From positions 2,509 through 66,508 of the forward strand of contig CAKOTF010000009.1 of assembly GCA_934120045.1 (NCBI GenBank): a DNA stretch of 64,000 bases, given 5' to 3'. This DNA comes from an uncultured Clostridia bacterium. Lineage in GTDB: Bacteria > Bacillota > Clostridia > TANB77 > CAG-508. Under the pieces are notes generated by a model. That model worked only from the letters and a program-made list of their open reading frames with translations. It searched no databases and was not told where the DNA came from. The position numbers were made by a program, and so were the translations under genes. Positions 18,267-26,653 of the stretch are shown here, piece by piece. Within the stretch, counting starts at the first letter, position 1. Each line of letters opens with the position of its first letter.

Positions 18267-19376
18267 TTAAGCTTGTTCTATTATTGGTAATATAACACTA
18301 AAAGTTGTTTCTTTCATATCACTTTCTGCATAAATTCTTCCTCCATGAAGTTCTACTATTTCTTTAGCAATAGCAAGGCCTAGCCCACTACCTCCTGTTT
18401 TACTTGTTCTCGAAGAATCTAATCTATAGAATTTTTCAAATATTTTATCTAACTTTTCTTTTGGAATTTGTTTTCCTTTATTTGTAATCTTTACAGTCGC
18501 TTGATTTTCTTTATTTAATATACTTATATCTATATCAGTGTTTTCTTTACTATAATTTACTGCATTTTTTATTAAGTTATTAAATACTCTACTTAATTTA
18601 TCAGGATCTGCATATAAAATTGTTTTTTCATCAGAAGTAAAGTTAATTTTTTTATTCATTTCTTTTAATGTAGGATAAAAATCATCTGCAATTTGTTCTA
18701 ACATTAAATTCAAGTTTATTTCTTCTTTTTCTAAAACAATTTTTTCTGAATTGAATCTAGCTACATCAAATAATTCGTTAATTAAATATTCTAATCTATA
18801 TGATTTATCAAGTGCAATGTCAATATACCTATTTCTTTGTTCTTGTGGCATATCTTTTATTTCACTTAACAATGATAAATATCCTATCATAGATGTTAAT
18901 GGTGTTTTTATGTCATGTGCAAGATATACAATTAACTCATCTTTTTTCTGTTCATTTTCTCTTGCAAGTCTTTCATTTTTTATTGCTTCTGTTTTAAAAT
19001 GATTTAATTTTTTCTCTACTTCTACCATTTCTGGCGGTAAATTTATATACTCTACATTTTTGTCAAATAATTTATCTGCTGATTCTGAAACTGCAAACAC
19101 ATAAGAAAATATTTTATTTAATAATTTATATAATAAGCTTAAAACTATTATTAATGTAATTCCAAATATAATAAATATAAAATATGCTCTTTCAAAAACT
19201 AATTCATATATATTATCAAGTAAATCATATAAATGTGGAAAAATATTGTATAACCACTGAAAGTCAAATATTGCTCTGCTTTCTGCTAAAATTATCATAA
19301 TTATTCCCATTATAGTTAAACTAATCATACATTGGACTATAAAACTCCAAAATGTACTTTTTACTATTTTTTTCAT
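18267..19376 (-). CDS. vanS: VanS-type sensor histidine kinase
   Basis: Two TM segments. H-box LAHDIKTPLTSMIGYL, N-box NLIKNAVNYS, G2 box GGSGLGLAIAKEIV. Start re-called to MKKIVKS. Confidence 0.85.
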   Translation of the reverse strand: MKKIVKSTFWSFIVQCMISLTIMGIIMIILAESRAIFDFQWLYNIFPHLYDLLDNIYELVFERAYFIFIIFGITLIIVLSLLYKLLNKIFSYVFAVSESADKLFDKNVEYINLPPEMVEVEKKLNHFKTEAIKNERLARENEQKKDELIVYLAHDIKTPLTSMIGYLSLLSEIKDMPQEQRNRYIDIALDKSYRLEYLINELFDVARFNSEKIVLEKEEINLNLMLEQIADDFYPTLKEMNKKINFTSDEKTILYADPDKLSRVFNNLIKNAVNYSKENTDIDISILNKENQATVKITNKGKQIPKEKLDKIFEKFYRLDSSRTSKTGGSGLGLAIAKEIVELHGGRIYAESDMKETTFSVILPIIEQA

Positions 19377-19380
19377 ATCA

Positions 19381-20079
19381 TTATTTTTCAATCTTATACC
19401 CCATTCCATAAACAGTCTTAATATACTTCGGATTCCTTCCTCCGTCATTCATCTTTTCTCTTAAGTGTCTTATATGTACCATTATAGTATTATTATCTCT
19501 TTCAAAATACTTTTCTCCCCAAACTTTAGAAAATAGCTCATCACTTTTTACAACATTTCCTCTATTAACACACAATTCCCATAAAATTGAAAATTCTGTT
19601 TTGGTAAGTTCAACAAGTTTTTCATTAAAGAAAAATTCATGGGTATCATTATTAATTTGTATTCCTCTAAAATCTATCTCATTTGTATCTAACTGGTTAT
19701 CTTGATTATTATATTTTTTGTATCTTCTCAATTGGGCTTTTACTCTTGCTATTAGTTCAAGAGGCTGAAATGGTTTTGTAATATAATCATCAGCTCCAAT
19801 ACTAAGTCCTGTAATTTTATCTATATTTTCTACTTTTGCAGTTACAAAAATAATTGGAAAATTATATTTTTCCCTTATTTTATTACATAATTTAAAACCA
19901 TCAATATCAGGCATCATAACATCTAATATTGCTAAATCTATTTCTAGTTTATCTATGTTTTTTAATAAATCTTTACTTGAATAATATTTATATACATTAT
20001 AGTTTTCGTTTTTTAAGTATATTTCAACTAAATCTGCTATTTCTTTTTCATCATCTACAATTAATATGTTTGCCATCAC
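19381..20079 (-). CDS. vanR: VanR-type OmpR-family response regulator
   Basis: ILIVDDE, ILDVMMPDIDG, GADDYITKPF, and a winged-helix C-terminus TVYGMGYK. Confidence 0.9.
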   Translation of the reverse strand: MMANILIVDDEKEIADLVEIYLKNENYNVYKYYSSKDLLKNIDKLEIDLAILDVMMPDIDGFKLCNKIREKYNFPIIFVTAKVENIDKITGLSIGADDYITKPFQPLELIARVKAQLRRYKKYNNQDNQLDTNEIDFRGIQINNDTHEFFFNEKLVELTKTEFSILWELCVNRGNVVKSDELFSKVWGEKYFERDNNTIMVHIRHLREKMNDGGRNPKYIKTVYGMGYKIEK

Positions 20080-20108
20080 ATTTCCTCTTTTCTTTTTCTC
20101 ATTAAATT

Positions 20109-20151
20109 ATTATAACATACTTTTAATTTCCAATTATTAATTTCTTCTTAA
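20109..20151 (-). promoter_or_regulatory. Predicted vanR promoter: box TTAAGAAGAAATTAATAA (20134-20151) 35 nt upstream of a TGTTATAAT extended -10 (20109-20117)
   Basis: Read directly; the 18-mer is identical to 23736-23753. Confidence 0.5.
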
Positions 20152-20188
20152 AAAAATGATATCTATATAAATATCATTTCTAAATATA

Positions 20189-20461
20189 CTATTTAATTTC
20201 TGTTCCGCCCCATTCTACTGCTACAAATCCTTTTCTTTCTGGTGTTTCTAAGCTTTGTTTTTCTACTTCTATTGTATTTTCCAATCCTTTATATTCCATT
20301 AATATTCTTATTGTTGTATCTGGCTCTGGTGTTATTGTTAATGGCATATTTGCATCTATTTCTTCTCTTGTTGCAAATCTTATGTAATTATATTTTTTTA
20401 TTTTCTTTACAACAATAATACCTAAAAATATTAATCTTTCGACATTTCTCTTTGAATCCAT
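20189..20461 (-). CDS. Hypothetical protein (start uncertain; possibly only the 52-aa MPLTITPEP... part)
   Basis: ORF only. No SD at either ATG, a 31-nt overlap with the upstream gene, and no recognisable motif. Confidence 0.3.
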   Translation of the reverse strand: MDSKRNVERLIFLGIIVVKKIKKYNYIRFATREEIDANMPLTITPEPDTTIRILMEYKGLENTIEVEKQSLETPERKGFVAVEWGGTEIK

Positions 20462-20805
20462 AACATCAATGTATTTACAACATACTCTATTTCTTCATTT
20501 GAAAGTTCATGTCCCTTTTTTATACCATGAATTCTCTCTAAACAACCTCTACAACAACAACCTGTAGCATGTTGTGCAATAAAAACTGGATGTACCTGTC
20601 TCATTGGAGTTTGCTTTCCATCATTATTTGGATTTTTTGGCGCTATTCTTTTTGTTATCAAATCTCTTGCATCTGATTTAATTTTATCAAATCCTTTTTC
20701 TTTTACATAATTCTTCATTTTTTTATTTAAATGAAATGAACCTCTAAATTTACTTTTAGATAAAGAATCTAATAAATCTTCAATATTATTTTTCACTTTT
20801 ATCAT
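20431..20805 (-). CDS. DUF4186 domain protein
   Basis: HPVFIAQHATGCCCRGCLERIHGI is the signature block of DUF4186. Confidence 0.8.
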   Translation of the reverse strand: MIKVKNNIEDLLDSLSKSKFRGSFHLNKKMKNYVKEKGFDKIKSDARDLITKRIAPKNPNNDGKQTPMRQVHPVFIAQHATGCCCRGCLERIHGIKKGHELSNEEIEYVVNTLMLWIQREMSKD

Positions 20806-21272
20806 TCCTTTACTATATCATCAAATTTACAATTTATAACCTTTTCTAAATCTTTTAATTCAACTTCAACCTGATATCCTATTTTGCCACCACTAAATAT
20901 TATTTCATTAAAATTTTTAGCCGAAATATCTATTACAACCTTAAATGATTTCTTTAAACCTATTGGAGAACATCCACCATGAACATATCCTGTTAATGGC
21001 AATAAATCTTTTTGAGGAATCATCTCTATACTTTTTTCATTAACACTTTGAGCACATTTCTTCAAATCTAATTCTTTTTCAACTGGTATCATAAATACAT
21101 AATTTTGTTTAGATTTTGCAATAGTTACAAGTGTTTTAAATACTTTACTTGCATCTTCATTTAAAACTTTTGCAACTTCAACACCACTTATTGCATTTGT
21201 ATCTCCATAAAAATATTCATTATATTTTATTTTCTTTTGATCTAATATTCTCATAACATTTGTTTTTTCCAT
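20802..21272 (-). CDS. ybaK: Cys-tRNA(Pro)/Cys-tRNA(Cys) deacylase YbaK
   Basis: 156 aa with MEKTNVMRILDQKKIKY..., GYVHGGCSPIG and FSGGKIG blocks. Confidence 0.85.
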   Translation of the reverse strand: MEKTNVMRILDQKKIKYNEYFYGDTNAISGVEVAKVLNEDASKVFKTLVTIAKSKQNYVFMIPVEKELDLKKCAQSVNEKSIEMIPQKDLLPLTGYVHGGCSPIGLKKSFKVVIDISAKNFNEIIFSGGKIGYQVEVELKDLEKVINCKFDDIVKE

Positions 21273-21343
21273 AAAATCACATCCTTTTATTGTTTCTTTA
21301 TATCACAAAACCAGATAATTATCAACTAATTATCTGGTTTGTA

Positions 21344-23659
21344 TTAAGCATTACTTTTTCTGTTTTTTTCATATTTATCTAATATCAATGTAACCCATCT
21401 AATTACTGAAAATTCTGCTATTGCAAACAATGTAACAAGTATTGCAGATCTTTCTGATATTTCTTTTATTGCAAAAAAATTTGGCATTATATTAATTGTT
21501 AAAATAATTCCTAAAATACATAAAAACATAACACTTGTCCTATATTTATTTAATGGTCTAATAATCTTATATAATATTAAAAATCCTCCTGTAAAGAATA
21601 AATAACTACAAGCTGTTGTAATTTCTTTTACTCCAACATTAAATAAATCTGAAAATTTAACCATTGCTACAATTGCTAAAAAAGATGTTATTGCAGCAGG
21701 AAGTGAATTTGTAAATACTTTTCTCATAAAATTTCCATTTTGTTGTTTCTTTTGATTTTCTTCAAATGTTAATAAAAATGCTGGAATACCTATTGTAAAT
21801 GCACTACCTAAAGATACTTGATTTGGTTCTAATGGGTATTGCATTGCAAAAATTATTGAATATATAGAAAGTAATAATGAAAATATATTTTTATAAGTAA
21901 ATAATGATGCAGACCTTGTTATATTATTAATATTTTTTCTTCCTTCATAAACAATATTTCTCATTTTTCCAAAATCCGAATCAAGTAATACAACTTGTGC
22001 TGTTCCTCTTGCTGCATCTGATCCAGATCCAATAGCAATTGAACAGTCTGCTTCTTTCATTGCTAAAATGTCATTTACTCCATCACCTGTCATAGCAACT
22101 TTTAATCCTTGTTCTTTTAAAGCTTTAATTATTTGTCTTTTTTGTTCTGGATTAACTCTACCAAAAACAATATATTTTTTTACTGCTTTTTGTATATCTG
22201 CATAATTCTTTAATTCTCTACAATCAATATATTTTTCATATCCTTTAATTCCTGCTTGTTTTGCAATTGATGATACAGTTATTGGATTATCTCCAGAAAT
22301 AACTCTAATTTGAACATTTCTATTATCAAAAAATTCGAAAATTTCTTTTGCATTTTTTCTTATTTCATTTTTCAAACTTATAAATAAAATAGGAATTGTT
22401 TCATCATTTTTTACTTCAACAAAAGCAATTAATCTTTCGCCATTTTTTGTCCTCTTATTAACTAATTCTTCATATTCTTTATTTAATAATATTTCTGGTG
22501 CTCCAAGTTTATATGTTACATTTTCATCTATTTTTATAAAAGAAAATTTATTTTTTGAATTAAAATTTTCTTTTTCTATATTAGATAATTTTTCTGTAGA
22601 AATTCCATATAATTGTTCTTTTATAGCATCAATTGTTATGTTTTTATCTTCAATTGTATTTATATATTTTGCTAAAATTTTTAAATCTTCTTTTTTATCT
22701 ATAAGACTATTTCCATTTTTATCAAATATATCTAGAACTTTCATAGTATTATTTGTAATTGTTCCAGTCTTATCAACACATAAAACATCAACTCTTGCTA
22801 AACTTTCAATACTTTTCATATCATGAAGAAGTATCTTATTTTGTGCAAGTCTCATTGAACTTAAAGCTAATGCCACAGTTGTTAATAAGTATAATCCTTC
22901 TGGAATCATTCCTAATAATGCTGAAACCATTGAATTTACACTTTTCTCATAACTACAGCCATTTACACCATAAGATCCAATAAATAATAATATTCCAATA
23001 GGAATTATTATTATTCCTGCAAATTTAACAATATTGTCAATTGCTGAAATCATCTCTGATTTTGTTTCTTTTATTTTTTTAGATTCTTTCATTATTTTAG
23101 CAGAAAAAGATTCATCACCTACATTAGTAAGTTTTACCACTGCTCTCCCAGATATAACAAAACTTCCAGACATAAGATTAGAATTTATGCTTTTTTCAAT
23201 TTCATTTTGTTCTCCTGTTAATAATGATTCATTTACATATATTTTTCCTGAAACTACTTCTGCATCTGCTGGAATTTGTTTTCCAGCTTCTAAAATTATA
23301 AAATCTCCTTCAACTAAATTGTCTGAATCTATCTCTTCTTCTTTTCCATCTCTAATTACTATATATTTGTTTTTATCTAATAATGATAATTTATCTAATG
23401 TAATTTTTGACCTAATTTGTTGAATAATTCCTATTAAAATATTTGTTATTATAATACCTAAAAATGTTAAATTTCTATATGAATGTGATGTGATAAGTAA
23501 TATAGTTAATATTAGGAAGATAAAATTAAAGTATGTAAATATATTTTTTCTTAATATTTTAAAAATACTTTCGTTTGTTTTTATTTTTACTTTATTTGAT
23601 TTTCCCTGTTTTATTTTTTCTTCTACTTCTTCATGTGTTAGACCTTTTATTGATTCCAT
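21344..23659 (-). CDS. Cation-translocating P-type ATPase (HAD-IC family; ion specificity unknown)
   Basis: LTGE, PEGL (TM4), DKTGTIT and TGDGVNDILAMKEADCSIA motifs. Start re-called to MESIKGL. Confidence 0.9.
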   Translation of the reverse strand: MESIKGLTHEEVEEKIKQGKSNKVKIKTNESIFKILRKNIFTYFNFIFLILTILLITSHSYRNLTFLGIIITNILIGIIQQIRSKITLDKLSLLDKNKYIVIRDGKEEEIDSDNLVEGDFIILEAGKQIPADAEVVSGKIYVNESLLTGEQNEIEKSINSNLMSGSFVISGRAVVKLTNVGDESFSAKIMKESKKIKETKSEMISAIDNIVKFAGIIIIPIGILLFIGSYGVNGCSYEKSVNSMVSALLGMIPEGLYLLTTVALALSSMRLAQNKILLHDMKSIESLARVDVLCVDKTGTITNNTMKVLDIFDKNGNSLIDKKEDLKILAKYINTIEDKNITIDAIKEQLYGISTEKLSNIEKENFNSKNKFSFIKIDENVTYKLGAPEILLNKEYEELVNKRTKNGERLIAFVEVKNDETIPILFISLKNEIRKNAKEIFEFFDNRNVQIRVISGDNPITVSSIAKQAGIKGYEKYIDCRELKNYADIQKAVKKYIVFGRVNPEQKRQIIKALKEQGLKVAMTGDGVNDILAMKEADCSIAIGSGSDAARGTAQVVLLDSDFGKMRNIVYEGRKNINNITRSASLFTYKNIFSLLLSIYSIIFAMQYPLEPNQVSLGSAFTIGIPAFLLTFEENQKKQQNGNFMRKVFTNSLPAAITSFLAIVAMVKFSDLFNVGVKEITTACSYLFFTGGFLILYKIIRPLNKYRTSVMFLCILGIILTINIMPNFFAIKEISERSAILVTLFAIAEFSVIRWVTLILDKYEKNRKSNA

Positions 23660-23709
23660 TATATTTCTTCCCTTCATTGTTACACAAATGTATTTCTCTC
23701 CAAGGATTT

Positions 23710-23753
23710 ATTATAACACATTTTTTGGTAATTGTTTATTAATTTCTTCTTAA
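23710..23753 (-). promoter_or_regulatory. Predicted ATPase promoter: box TTAAGAAGAAATTAATAA (23736-23753) 36 nt upstream of a TGTGTTATAAT extended -10
   Basis: The 18-mer is identical to the vanR promoter box and sits at the same offset. Confidence 0.5.
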
Positions 23754-23799
23754 TAACGCAAAAAAACATATAATTGTAAAAAAGTTCATCTGGTTTTCA

Positions 23800-24345
23800 T
23801 TAATTTTCTTTGTATAAAAAGCAATCTTTATCATGTGAATATATAACACCTATTGCTTGTAAATAAGAATATATAATTGTACTTCCTACAAATTTCATGC
23901 CTCTTTTTTGTAAATCTTTTGACAACATATCTGATAATTGATTTGTTGTTTTATCTGTTTCATATATAATTTGTTCTTTAGTAAAGGTCTTTAAATAATT
24001 ATAAAATGTCCCATATTCTTGCTGAATTTTCTTAAAGATCTTACTATTATTTATAGTAGCATTTATTTTAAGCTTATTTCTTATTATCTTCTTATTTTGC
24101 AATAGTTCTTGTATTTTCTCTTCTTTATAATCACAAACTTTATCTATATTAAAATTATCAAATGCTTTTATAAAATCATCTCTTTTGTTTAATACACATT
24201 CCCATGATAAACCTGCTTGAAATGATTCTAATATTAACATTTCATATAAATATTGTTCATCAAAATTTGGCTTACACCATTCTTTATCATGATATTCTAT
24301 ATATTTTGGATTATTCAAATTACACCATCTACATCTTTTTATCAT
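23800..24345 (-). CDS. tag: DNA-3-methyladenine glycosylase I
   Basis: RCRWC....YI.YHD.EW and ...FQAGLSW blocks. Start re-called to MIKRCRW. Confidence 0.9.
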   Translation of the reverse strand: MIKRCRWCNLNNPKYIEYHDKEWCKPNFDEQYLYEMLILESFQAGLSWECVLNKRDDFIKAFDNFNIDKVCDYKEEKIQELLQNKKIIRNKLKINATINNSKIFKKIQQEYGTFYNYLKTFTKEQIIYETDKTTNQLSDMLSKDLQKRGMKFVGSTIIYSYLQAIGVIYSHDKDCFLYKEN

Positions 24346-24349
24346 AATG

Positions 24350-24925
24350 CTATACCTTTTTTTGATACCATTCTGCAAATTTTTCCATAGCAGAATAAGA
24401 GCCATCTACATCTTTTCTGTTCTCTCTTTCTTTTTCATCCATTTCTGCTAATGTTTTATCAAAACCTTCAGGTTTAAAAATATACCATAAATCAGACCAT
24501 TTTTCTTTTCTATCTTTTCCTTGAATTTGTTTTGATAGGTTTCCTGGATGTTTTCCATAGAAATAATGTATTTCTTTTCCGTCATGATATGCTAAACATT
24601 CATTAAATGCACATTTTCTATTACTCTTATCTTCCATTAATTTTAAAATCCCTTGTATTCCTACTGTTTCTAATGAAAAATTTACAAATGCTCTTGGAAA
24701 TCCATTTAATTCATCAATTCTAAAATCTGTATCTAATGCTATACATGGTCTTTTTACTATTTCATACGCTTGTTTTACTTTTGCTGTTGCTATTTCCTTT
24801 ATATCATCACTTCTAGGCTCATCTAATTCATAGTTAAATGTATTGAATTTTAAATTTTTAAAATATTTTTCAGCTGATTTTATTTTTCCTATATTATGTG
24901 TTACAAAAATAATTTCTTTTTCCAT
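24350..24925 (-). CDS. Ham1/RdgB-like non-canonical purine NTP pyrophosphatase family protein
   Basis: IIFVTHNIGKIKSAE N-terminus and ALDTDFRIDELNGFP block. The start is either 24925 or 24961. Confidence 0.7.
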   Translation of the reverse strand: MEKEIIFVTHNIGKIKSAEKYFKNLKFNTFNYELDEPRSDDIKEIATAKVKQAYEIVKRPCIALDTDFRIDELNGFPRAFVNFSLETVGIQGILKLMEDKSNRKCAFNECLAYHDGKEIHYFYGKHPGNLSKQIQGKDRKEKWSDLWYIFKPEGFDKTLAEMDEKERENRKDVDGSYSAMEKFAEWYQKKV

Positions 24926-25087
24926 TTTTTTCACTTCTCTTTTTATAAAACTTTTGTTCATATTTTATTATATATTTTTTTGTTTGTCAAGGAATTTTTT
25001 GATAAGTTTGACATTATATTTTTTATATGATATATTATATATTATTATTCGTTTGTATCACTCATTAAAAAAATGGAGGTATATGTT

Positions 25088-25300
25088 ATGAAACTCACTA
25101 ATCCTGGCTTCGCAAGAGTACTTCACAAAAGATCAGACTATCATGAGCCTTTCTATCGTGTTCTTAAAGAAAAAGATATTTTTGAAAATCATTGCCATTG
25201 TTTTGATCATGGTGGTTATGGTTATACACAAGTACCTGTTCCCCAAACTGAACGTTGGATTGTTCATAAGGAAAATGAAGACAATAAAGATAAAAAGTAA
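25088..25300 (+). CDS. Small hypothetical protein (70 aa, His/Cys-containing HCHCFDHGGYGY)
   Basis: GGAGG SD 6 nt upstream and a terminator hairpin at about 25321-25366. No family recognised. Confidence 0.4.
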   Translation: MKLTNPGFARVLHKRSDYHEPFYRVLKEKDIFENHCHCFDHGGYGYTQVPVPQTERWIVHKENEDNKDKK

Positions 25301-25408
25301 GTATCATACTATATAGCAAAAAGAAGCAAATATTACCTAAATTAAGGTTGTATTTGCTTCTTTTACATTTGTCAAACGATATTTTTACGAAAATTTGTTC
25401 TTTTTGTA

Positions 25409-25437
25409 TTGATTTGTTCTTATTTGTATGCTATACT
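25409..25437 (+). promoter_or_regulatory. Convergent (antisense) promoter TTGATT-N17-TATACT (with TG extension) firing into copy B
   Basis: Read directly. The predicted TSS coincides with the edge of the conserved block. Confidence 0.45.
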
Positions 25438-25442
25438 AGTTC

Positions 25443-25583
25443 ACATAGGAAATGATAATAAGCAGATGTGGTTGATAAGTAACTACATAAATAAAAGAAA
25501 GCTCACATCTGTAAATTTGGCGATTTAGATGTGAGTTTTTATATCTATTCGGCAAAACCATGTTTGTGGATTTGTCATTTTCT
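25443..25583 (-). ncRNA. Unclassified structured sRNA-like locus, copy B (inverted paralog of 2716-2886)
   Basis: The reverse complement aligns with copy A from the -10 element to ...CATTTCCTATG. It lacks the roughly 34-nt extra hairpin of copy A. Confidence 0.5.
25498..25540. terminator. Bidirectional hairpin terminator inside copy B
   Basis: The core stem CTCACATCT/AGATGTGAG is shared with copy A, the loop differs, and T-rich tracts lie on both sides. Confidence 0.6.
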
Positions 25584-25589
25584 ATATTT

Positions 25590-25618
25590 ATTATACTGAG
25601 TTTTTATTTTTTTGTCAA
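25590..25618 (-). promoter_or_regulatory. Consensus sigma-A promoter TTGACA-N17-TATAAT driving copy B
   Basis: -35 at 25613-25618 and -10 at 25590-25595, read on the minus strand. Confidence 0.65.
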
Positions 25619-25767
25619 TCCAAATTTTAATTATTTACAACCTCATAATAAAAATAGCAAGCCAAATATATACCATAAATGTGGTGTTGTTTGACTTGCT
25701 ATTTTTTTAAGTTATACCAAATGAGTCTACACACTCATCTGACAATGTGCACTTTTTAGAATAGTTT

Positions 25768-26439
25768 TCATTCTTCATCATCTATAGAATCTTCTATAGC
25801 ATCTATTATACAAGTTAAGAAAATAATATCTTTCATTGAAATATCCGAATCTTGTTTTTTGACGATTTTATAAGAATCTACCATATCAAGCTGTTCGCTA
25901 ATGTTAAACAAAATTTCACCATTTGAAGCATTATATACATTAAATTCATAATATAATGACATAATTTCTTCTTGAGTGTATCCAAGTTCGTTCTTGTTTG
26001 AATCATAAATATGGAAATTATACTTACTCAAAGAAAAGAAATCTGTAAAATATTCTTCTCCTATATATCCAGTTGTATTTCCATCTTGATCCATCAAATT
26101 AGCTAACCTATTTAGTCTTACTCCCCAACGTTTTATTTGCTTTTCTTTAGCAATTTCGTTTCCATTTGCATCTGTAAGAGTGAATATATCACCTGTAATA
26201 TTTACATATTCACCAGATACACTTCCAATCTCCTTTCCATCTACATACACATCGTATGTTTTCGTTAAAGATACAAATCTTTCTTTTACATTTACTGTGG
26301 TTGCTTCTTCAATTAAAGAAGAATAATCTTCTGGTAAAGAACTTTCATCATCTTTTGTATCTTTTATTTCAGAAGAGCACCCAACAAGTAATAATATGAC
26401 AACGATCGCTATTATGCTAAAAAAATACCGTTTTTTCAT
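25768..26439 (-). CDS. Lipoprotein, LURP-one-related/tubby-C-like fold (tentative)
   Basis: Signal peptide with lipobox LLVGC. The body resembles LURP-one-related proteins, a weak by-eye call. Confidence 0.6.
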   Translation of the reverse strand: MKKRYFFSIIAIVVILLLVGCSSEIKDTKDDESSLPEDYSSLIEEATTVNVKERFVSLTKTYDVYVDGKEIGSVSGEYVNITGDIFTLTDANGNEIAKEKQIKRWGVRLNRLANLMDQDGNTTGYIGEEYFTDFFSLSKYNFHIYDSNKNELGYTQEEIMSLYYEFNVYNASNGEILFNISEQLDMVDSYKIVKKQDSDISMKDIIFLTCIIDAIEDSIDDEE

Positions 26440-26558
26440 TAGCCTTTCTCCTATTCTATATTTTGCACACCTTTACTTAATTTTCCTCCAAAATAATTAT
26501 TTTATAATTCAGTTGTACATCTATAAGGTGCAAAAAGAGTATAACAAAAATATGAATT

Positions 26559-26587
26559 ATTATATCATATTTACATAACATTGTCAA
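26559..26587 (-). promoter_or_regulatory. Consensus promoter TTGACA-N17-(TG)ATATAAT giving a leader of about 113 nt for the lipoprotein gene
   Basis: Hexamers read directly on the minus strand. Confidence 0.55.
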
Positions 26588-26653
26588 AATTGTGTTTTTA
26601 TTCATGCTTTAAATAATACTATTTTAATTTAAAGATTCATCTTTCAAATATAA

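Noticed and set aside
20347-20461. The overlap of ORF 20189-20461 with the 3' end of the DUF4186 gene, as a possible programmed frameshift or fusion.
   Set aside because: There is no slippery sequence and no SD at either candidate ATG, and the downstream peptide has no recognisable family. It is more likely a short or spurious ORF, kept only as a low-confidence CDS.
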